Positions 57,972 to 64,000 of a DNA stretch of 64,000 nucleotides are shown piece by piece; positions within the stretch are counted from its first letter, which is position 1; the number at the start of each line of letters is the position of its first letter. Source of the DNA: Candidatus Bathyarchaeia archaeon (GTDB lineage Archaea; Thermoproteota; Bathyarchaeia; Bathyarchaeales; Bathycorpusculaceae); contig JAVZLQ010000002.1 in the NCBI GenBank assembly GCA_038883655.1, forward strand, positions 153,625 through 217,624, given 5' to 3'. The translations under genes and the position numbers were made by a program. Under the pieces are notes generated by a model that was not told the DNA's origin, searched no databases, and worked only from the letters and a program-made list of their open reading frames with translations.

Positions 57972-59786
57972 ATGCTTGGAGGCTACGTTGGAAAGGGCTT
58001 GAGGGTCAATTTAACAGAAGAGAAAATACGCGTAGAAAAACTTGAAGGGGAAAATGCAAGAAAGTTTATCGGCGGGAAGGGTTTAGGAGCAAAAATTCTC
58101 TATGACCAGTTAAAGCCAAACGTCGACCCCCTAAGCCCAGAAAACATGTTAATATTCGCTTCAGGACCCTTAACGGCTACGTTGGCGCCCACATCTGGAA
58201 GGTGGGCCGTTATTACAAAGTCTCCTCTAACGAATCTTTTTCTGGACAGTCAAGTTGGTGGACACTTCGGCGCAGTCATGAAACTTGCTGGTTTTGACTA
58301 CATGATTTTTGAGGGAAAAGCTGCAAGTCCGGTTTACTTGCGGGTTCATGGCGAAGACATTGAAATTAGAGAAGCGAGCAAAATTTGGGGAAAGGGTTGC
58401 ATAGAAACTGAGAAAATGCTGAAGGAGCATTTGGGTGGAGACGTCCACGTGGCATCAATAGGACCAGCTGGAGAAAACCTTGTTCGTTACGCGTGCATCA
58501 CAGTTGACTTGTATAGGCAGGCTGGAAGGGGTGGGGCTGGCGCTGTTATGGGTTCTAAAAATTTGAAGGCTGTCACTGTGAAGAGTGCTGGGGTAAAAGT
58601 GGAGTATGCAGATCCTGAAGGTTTTAAAGAAGCCTCTCGAAAAGCCTTTAAAAAAATTGAGGAGAACCCTTTCATACCCTTGAGGAGACGGTATGGCACA
58701 CCAGTTTGGATAGCGCCCGTAAACGAGTTTGGTATATTGCCAACGAGAAACTTTAGGACTGGTGTTTTTGAGCATGCTGAAATGATAAGTGGCGAGACCA
58801 TGCGGAGCAAAATTGTTGTCGGTGATGGGACATGCTACAACTGTTCAATTCGATGCTGGAAATACACGCATGTTGAAACTGAAAGATACAAAGTGGAGGA
58901 GCTTGCTGGTCCAGAATATGAAACAATAGCCCTAATGGGCTCAAACTGTGGCGTAAACTCGATTGAAGCCATAGCATATGCCAACCTCTTATGCGACGAC
59001 CTTGGACTGGACACTATATCAACCGGCAACGCGATTGCCTTCGCAATGGAGTGCTTCGAAAGAGGCTTAATCAACGAGAAGGACGCTGATGGGCTTAATC
59101 TAAAATTTGGCGATGCAGAAGCGGAGATAGAAATGGTGAAAAGAATAGCCTATAAAAGGGGTTTGGGGAACATTCTCGCCGAAGGCGTCAAAAAGGCAGC
59201 GGAAAATATTGGACAGGGCTCATGGAAGTTTGCAATGCACGTTAAAGGCATGGAAGTTCCCGGATACGATGTTAGGGGTTCAACGGGCATGGCTTTAGCC
59301 TACGCGACATCTGATAGGGGTGCTTGCCACCAAAGGGCTTGGACTGTCCGTGCTGAAATGCAGGGAAAACTGGCGCCCTTATACTCAACCAAAGACAGGG
59401 CAAAGTTTGTTAAGGAAGTGCAAGATGAAAGGGCTATGTGCTTTTCGCTGGTTCTCTGCGATTTCGCCCCACTGGAAGTCGGCGACTTCGTCGAACTTCT
59501 GAACAAGGCAACGGGATTTAATTTCACTCTGGAGCAGTACCTCAAAACTGGGGAGCGCATTTGGAACTTGACACGCCTATTCAACTTACGTGAGGGCTTA
59601 ACGAGAAAAGATGACACCCTACCAGAAAGATTCCTAACGGAGCCGTTGCCAGACGGCGCGGCTAAAGGGCATGTGGTAACAAAGTCTATGCTTGAGGAGA
59701 TGCTTAGAGAGTACTATTTCCTACGGGGCTGGGATGAAAACGGCGTTCCAACCAAAGAAAAGCTTAGAGAACTTGAACTAAACTAG
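57972..59786 (+). CDS. aor: Tungsten aldehyde:ferredoxin oxidoreductase family protein
   Basis: KSPLT, GPAGE, GRGG.GAVMGSK, C..C...C, EYET, DDLGLDTIS, RGACH. Confidence 0.92.
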   Translation: MLGGYVGKGLRVNLTEEKIRVEKLEGENARKFIGGKGLGAKILYDQLKPNVDPLSPENMLIFASGPLTATLAPTSGRWAVITKSPLTNLFLDSQVGGHFGAVMKLAGFDYMIFEGKAASPVYLRVHGEDIEIREASKIWGKGCIETEKMLKEHLGGDVHVASIGPAGENLVRYACITVDLYRQAGRGGAGAVMGSKNLKAVTVKSAGVKVEYADPEGFKEASRKAFKKIEENPFIPLRRRYGTPVWIAPVNEFGILPTRNFRTGVFEHAEMISGETMRSKIVVGDGTCYNCSIRCWKYTHVETERYKVEELAGPEYETIALMGSNCGVNSIEAIAYANLLCDDLGLDTISTGNAIAFAMECFERGLINEKDADGLNLKFGDAEAEIEMVKRIAYKRGLGNILAEGVKKAAENIGQGSWKFAMHVKGMEVPGYDVRGSTGMALAYATSDRGACHQRAWTVRAEMQGKLAPLYSTKDRAKFVKEVQDERAMCFSLVLCDFAPLEVGDFVELLNKATGFNFTLEQYLKTGERIWNLTRLFNLREGLTRKDDTLPERFLTEPLPDGAAKGHVVTKSMLEEMLREYYFLRGWDENGVPTKEKLRELELN

Positions 59787-59873
59787 TTCATGCGAACAGC
59801 CAAATTTTCTGGTTTATATGAAACGCTTATAATTGAATGGGGGCAGATACTTTCTCGGAACGGGAGGATTGCC

Positions 59874-61157
59874 TTGGAGAAGCTTAAAAGAAAATTAGAA
59901 GTCGCTGAAGATAAACTCAGAGAGATAAACGATTTTCTCCTTAAAAGGGAGAACCCGCTAATAAATGAGCTGCTAAAAATCATCGATAAGTACGGCGGCG
60001 TCGAGGAAATAAATCGCAGGGCTAGGGAGTCAAGCAAACTTGAAAACATTCTGGCAAGACTTGAAAAGAAAAAGTCGCCATTCATAGAGGATTTGGAATG
60101 GCTTATGAAGCAACGCGACAAAGAAGCGTTCATCAGCATACCCGCATACCGCAGAAAAGTCTTAGGGAAAAAGGCTGATTCCATGCGGTTTGATGATTCG
60201 TTTGCTGTTACCCTTGAAATTAGCGCGTGCAACTTTTTCCCATGGATAATTGAGGAGGCAAGGCAGTCCATAAAGAAGGGCGAACTGATGCCTGCACGTT
60301 ATATTCGCGTCAGAAATATGAAAGAGCAGGTTGAAGATGATGATATACTTGCTTTTGCTGCTGCCATGCAAATTATGGGCGCATCTTACGTTCAAACACT
60401 GGACACAAAGGGAACAATGCCTGGACAAGACGGCAACCCCATAAACGTGCATTTGGGCGGACCAGAAACCATAACTGGGTATTTCGGCGGAATAGGGGTA
60501 CCTAATGAGTACGCTTTAAAATGGGTTGAAGAGTACTTATACTATCACACGGAGTACGGCGTTAAACAGGTTTTGAATTTTAATGCTGGAACTATAATGC
60601 TTGGTTATTTGCTTTACAAGCTTGGAATAGACATTGAATTCAAAATTTCAGTCTACGCCGGTAATGACAACCCATACTTCATCTTCTGGACGCTGATGAC
60701 AGCCAAACTTTTCAGCCGAGAAGACGGCACAACACCGCTGATAGGGTTTAATCTCTCAAACTCCGTGAACAACAAGACAATCGAGCTTGCAGCCTACATA
60801 AGGAAGGCCTTCGGCTTCGAAGATATTGTGCGCATTGAGCACCACATCGTGGAAACACAGAAGAGCATTGTTAGGCAACCCTACGACAGGCTAGAAGAGC
60901 TTTTAGAATTGGCAGACCACATCAAAAACATAAGTGCCAAACACGAAGGCGGAATTCCAGAAATCGACAAGAAAAGAGAGCACCCGTCAGACATACTTGA
61001 CTACTTCATGCCGAAAAAGGAGATAATTGCGCAAGGGCTCATGCCAAAGCTGCTGCAAAACTACATGGACAAACATGAAGCCGTAAACAGAACAGCGAAA
61101 GCGTTAACAGAGCGTGGACTAACGTTCATCGCAGCCCCAAACCTACACAAAAAATGA
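59874..61157 (+). CDS. Uncharacterised soluble protein (~430 aa)
   Basis: Long ORF; TTG after GGAGG; motif-like segments TLDTKGT, VHLGGPETITGYFGG, FKISVYAGNDN, RIEHH, SAKHEGG. Confidence 0.75.
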   Translation: MEKLKRKLEVAEDKLREINDFLLKRENPLINELLKIIDKYGGVEEINRRARESSKLENILARLEKKKSPFIEDLEWLMKQRDKEAFISIPAYRRKVLGKKADSMRFDDSFAVTLEISACNFFPWIIEEARQSIKKGELMPARYIRVRNMKEQVEDDDILAFAAAMQIMGASYVQTLDTKGTMPGQDGNPINVHLGGPETITGYFGGIGVPNEYALKWVEEYLYYHTEYGVKQVLNFNAGTIMLGYLLYKLGIDIEFKISVYAGNDNPYFIFWTLMTAKLFSREDGTTPLIGFNLSNSVNNKTIELAAYIRKAFGFEDIVRIEHHIVETQKSIVRQPYDRLEELLELADHIKNISAKHEGGIPEIDKKREHPSDILDYFMPKKEIIAQGLMPKLLQNYMDKHEAVNRTAKALTERGLTFIAAPNLHKK

Positions 61158-61175
61158 AAGCGTAAAGTGCTGATA

Positions 61176-61931
61176 TCACCAGTAATCCTTTGGTTTCCGC
61201 ATGACCAGGTAAACGGTTGTGGCAACAAAGAATATTGTTGTAACTGCCAACACGCCTACTGCCACTCTTGTGTTGTTGAGCTCGTTTAGGCTTCCCTGAA
61301 GAGTTGTGTAGTTTTGTAGTAGTTCCCAATAAGTCTCGTTTAAACTTAGCAGTTCGTCTATTGTTAAGTTCTTGCCAAAACTTTCCCAGAAAGTCTGATT
61401 CAACAGTGAAAAAGTACCATTCAATTCTCTATATTTCTCTTGAAGTTCCTCGTATCGGATATTTCTTATAGCAGTCATCGAGAAACCTTCCAAATATTTT
61501 AGAGGCAAGTCAACAATGGAATATTCCAGATAAAGCTCTGCATACGTGACTCCCCAAACATCGTCTGGCACGTGCGCAACTACTTCAAACTCACCAGTAT
61601 TGTTGAAGGGCAAAGAAGCATTTTCCAAGAGGCATGTGCTGTTTAGTGTGAGCTTTTGTGCGCCTTCTCTGAAGCCGTAAATGGTAAGGTTTAGGTAGTC
61701 AATGTGGACGGGCTCGGCTGTAGAATTGTACCAGAGTTTAATGGTTAAATTTTCATTTGGAATAGTCTCGTTTATGGCATTAACTCTAATAGTGATTCCA
61801 GCATACTTCTTGTAGAAAAATGTCTGCATTTCATTTGCCTGTGCGCTTGTTCGGCAAAAGGTTGCGGAGGTCAATATTAATATTGCAACAAGTGTAATAA
61901 TCCTAGATTTTTTCAATTTTTCACCTTCCAA
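61176..61931 (-). CDS. Secreted, C-terminally anchored coiled-coil protein
   Basis: Signal peptide, Ig-like region, coiled coil with N-x-T sites, C-terminal TM helix + RKPK. Confidence 0.7.
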   Translation of the reverse strand: MEGEKLKKSRIITLVAILILTSATFCRTSAQANEMQTFFYKKYAGITIRVNAINETIPNENLTIKLWYNSTAEPVHIDYLNLTIYGFREGAQKLTLNSTCLLENASLPFNNTGEFEVVAHVPDDVWGVTYAELYLEYSIVDLPLKYLEGFSMTAIRNIRYEELQEKYRELNGTFSLLNQTFWESFGKNLTIDELLSLNETYWELLQNYTTLQGSLNELNNTRVAVGVLAVTTIFFVATTVYLVMRKPKDYW

Positions 61932-61998
61932 GGGACAAGATGCTGATTTAGCTTATAGTTTATTTAACAATTTCTCACGGTTCAGAAGCCCAGAAGGG

Positions 61999-62238
61999 CT
62001 ATTTTAGTGAGCGAATAAAGTGTTGATAAATGTATATAAAGTAGATGAAAGCGAACGCTGTTAAAACTATTTCAAAGAATAATATGGCTGGGTTGTTCTC
62101 GACAGCCATAAAATATCCGTGTTGGAGTATGTCTGCGAAAACTAGGATTTGGAGGAATATGGCGCCTCCTAGGCAGCTTAAGCCCAAAATGTGGAACAGC
62201 GTGCGCATTCTGCGGTCAAGCTTTGGCGCGGCATTCAT
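61999..62238 (-). CDS. Small 2-TM membrane protein
   Basis: Two hydrophobic helices with a GYF.AVEN loop. Confidence 0.55.
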   Translation of the reverse strand: MNAAPKLDRRMRTLFHILGLSCLGGAIFLQILVFADILQHGYFMAVENNPAILFFEIVLTAFAFIYFIYIYQHFIRSLK

Positions 62239-62406
62239 CTTTTATCGTGAATAACAAGAAACAATACTTTGACTTATAGGTTATGAATCCCCACACACTA
62301 CCAAGCCTTATGATTAAAATTTTTAATTAAAACTTAACATCACGCGCACAAAAACCTAGAGAGGGTATCCAATTTAGCAGCGCGAAAACAGCTAAAATTG
62401 ACTGGG

Positions 62407-63324
62407 CTAGGCCTCTGCTAACTTTCCAATAGCTTCCTTGATGGTTGTAACGGACATTTCAAAACGCCTTCGTGTTTCGGGCTGCAGTTCAAGCTCCAAA
62501 ATCTTTTCAACGCCGTTCCTGCCCAAAACAACTGGAACGCCTATTGCAATATCTGAAAAACCGTACTCGCCTTGTAAGTAGGTTGATACTCCCATTACGC
62601 GGTTTCTTCCTCGCATAACGGCATCAGCCATCACGGCGATTACTGCTGCTGGCGCATAAATCGTCGCGCCTTTAAGCCTTATAACATCCGAGCCGGACGT
62701 CACAGTCAAATTAACTATTTTCTCGATTTGTTCCTTGCTCAGTAAGCGCGTTATTGGTATGCCAGAAACAGAAGCATACTCAATAAGCGGAACCATCGAG
62801 TCGCCATGTTCGCCTATGACAAGCGCGCGTATGTCCTCCCTTGAAACGTTAAGTTCAGAGGCAATGTAAGACCTAAAACGCAAAGTGTCCAATATGTTGC
62901 CCATACCGAAAACGCGGTTACGCTCAAAACCAGACTCCTTGTAGGCAACATAAGTCATTACATCAACTGGATTCGTAACCATCATAATCTTACAATCGGG
63001 TGCATACTTCACAATCTCCCTAACTATTGACCGCACTATCCTCGCATTCTTATTCATCAAATCAATCCGCGACATCCCGGGCTTCCTCGCCTCACCAGCA
63101 GTCACAATAACAAGCTCTGAACCGCTCATCTCGCTGTAGTCGCTTGTCCCCTTTATTTTTCCGTCAAACTCTATTGCTGGCGCCGCCTGCATCATATCTA
63201 GGGCTTCGCCTCTCGCTAGGTTCTCGTAAACATCTATCAAAACAACATCACCTATGCGGTATCTTAAAATGTTGAAGGCTGCTGCGCTTCCGACGCGTCC
63301 GGCGCCAACAATGGTTATCATCAT
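62407..63324 (-). CDS. mdh: LDH-like malate dehydrogenase
   Basis: GAGRVG, TAG.ARKPGMSR.DL, VTNPVD, LDTLR, GEHGD. Confidence 0.93.
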   Translation of the reverse strand: MMITIVGAGRVGSAAAFNILRYRIGDVVLIDVYENLARGEALDMMQAAPAIEFDGKIKGTSDYSEMSGSELVIVTAGEARKPGMSRIDLMNKNARIVRSIVREIVKYAPDCKIMMVTNPVDVMTYVAYKESGFERNRVFGMGNILDTLRFRSYIASELNVSREDIRALVIGEHGDSMVPLIEYASVSGIPITRLLSKEQIEKIVNLTVTSGSDVIRLKGATIYAPAAVIAVMADAVMRGRNRVMGVSTYLQGEYGFSDIAIGVPVVLGRNGVEKILELELQPETRRRFEMSVTTIKEAIGKLAEA

Positions 63325-63363
63325 AGGTTTAAGATAGGCGTTATCTGCCAAAAATAGGTTTTG

Positions 63364-64000
63364 TTAGATTGTATATTCCTTTTCCTTTTCAACTAATATC
63401 ACTTTGCCTTTCAAATCTCTTATGAAGTTGGCGAAGAGGCTTGGCTTTTCCGTGTGCACGGGAAAGATTTGTTTTGCTTCGATTTCTTTTAGGATATTCT
63501 TCAACGGTATTGGCATTATGTGTCCGGAAACATGCGCGTGGTATTGTGGCAAACCATAATGCTCAAGCCAGTTAAGAAGCCTCTCATAGTCTATTTCCAT
63601 CTCCTCGTTGAAAGGCTCAGACGCAGAAAGCACATAACAGCTTCCAGCTTCTGGCTTAATCTCAACAAGTTCCTCCAAATCGTAGAAGGATAATGCCAAA
63701 ACAGTTTTGCACTGTTGCTTCGAAACTTCGGATGCACTCTTAACTTTGTCCGAGTACTTTTCAATTATTGCGTTTTCCCACTTTTCCCTTACACGCTTCG
63801 ATTTTCGAAAAACCAAAATACTCTCATCACTCAACCGCGGAACCTCTAAATGCTTGTCCTCGCGCAGCGCTTCCATCAAGTAGGCTTGTTTCAGTGAAAC
63901 GGCAAGGCAACGCCCATTGTTCTTGGCGGCGCGGTAAAACGAATTAAGCCTATCAACATCGGTAGAAGCGAAGTCAGCCAACACGATGCCGCTTGCCTGC
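63364..64000 (-). CDS. MBL-fold/beta-CASP (RNase J-like) hydrolase, 3' part (starts beyond the window)
   Basis: SEPFNEE, HAHVSGH, PVHTE. Confidence 0.8.
   Translation of the reverse strand, partial: QASGIVLADFASTDVDRLNSFYRAAKNNGRCLAVSLKQAYLMEALREDKHLEVPRLSDESILVFRKSKRVREKWENAIIEKYSDKVKSASEVSKQQCKTVLALSFYDLEELVEIKPEAGSCYVLSASEPFNEEMEIDYERLLNWLEHYGLPQYHAHVSGHIMPIPLKNILKEIEAKQIFPVHTEKPSLFANFIRDLKGKVILVEKEKEYTI

Noticed and set aside
59783-60271. 162-aa antisense ORF and the many similar antisense ORFs in the track
   Set aside because: They are fully nested opposite well-supported genes and have no independent evidence.
1-64000. CRISPR array, IS/transposase, integrase, rRNA
   Set aside because: No regularly spaced repeats or relevant motifs were seen by eye.

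Overview
A 64-kb, gene-dense archaeal chromosome segment. Gene content suggests Bathyarchaeia or a related TACK lineage, which is an inference: pantoate kinase, HTH-RibK, RibL, Dph5, Thg1, single-OB SSB, TrmI, AOR, ADP-forming acetate-CoA ligase beta, and dockerin and PEF-CTERM surface proteins. It is mostly housekeeping and amino-acid/peptide catabolism genes, plus a 5'-end fragment of an orc1/cdc6 gene, an 8-gene type IV pilus locus, a 2-oxoacid dehydrogenase E1a/E1b/E2 cluster and two tRNAs. No CRISPR array, integrase or transposase was seen. The strongest signal is a fluoride (crcB-motif) riboswitch at 36524-36585 (-), with its own TATA box and a plausible SD-sequestering hairpin. It leads a 4-gene operon (prenyltransferase-repeat protein, DUF6062-like Cys/His protein, two small coiled-coil proteins, the last ending in a CaaX-like CMWL) with no fluoride exporter in the window. 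Other highlights: tRNA-Lys(CTT) with two non-canonical BHB introns; a duplicated 25-bp palindromic element upstream of two pilin genes; an orphan ParB-ASCH fusion; a homoserine dehydrogenase-AOR-unknown cluster; a candidate cobalamin ECF S-component plus DUF4430-like pair; a MesC-like core methionine synthase; and two apparently broken genes. All protein family calls come from recognising motifs by eye, not from database searches.
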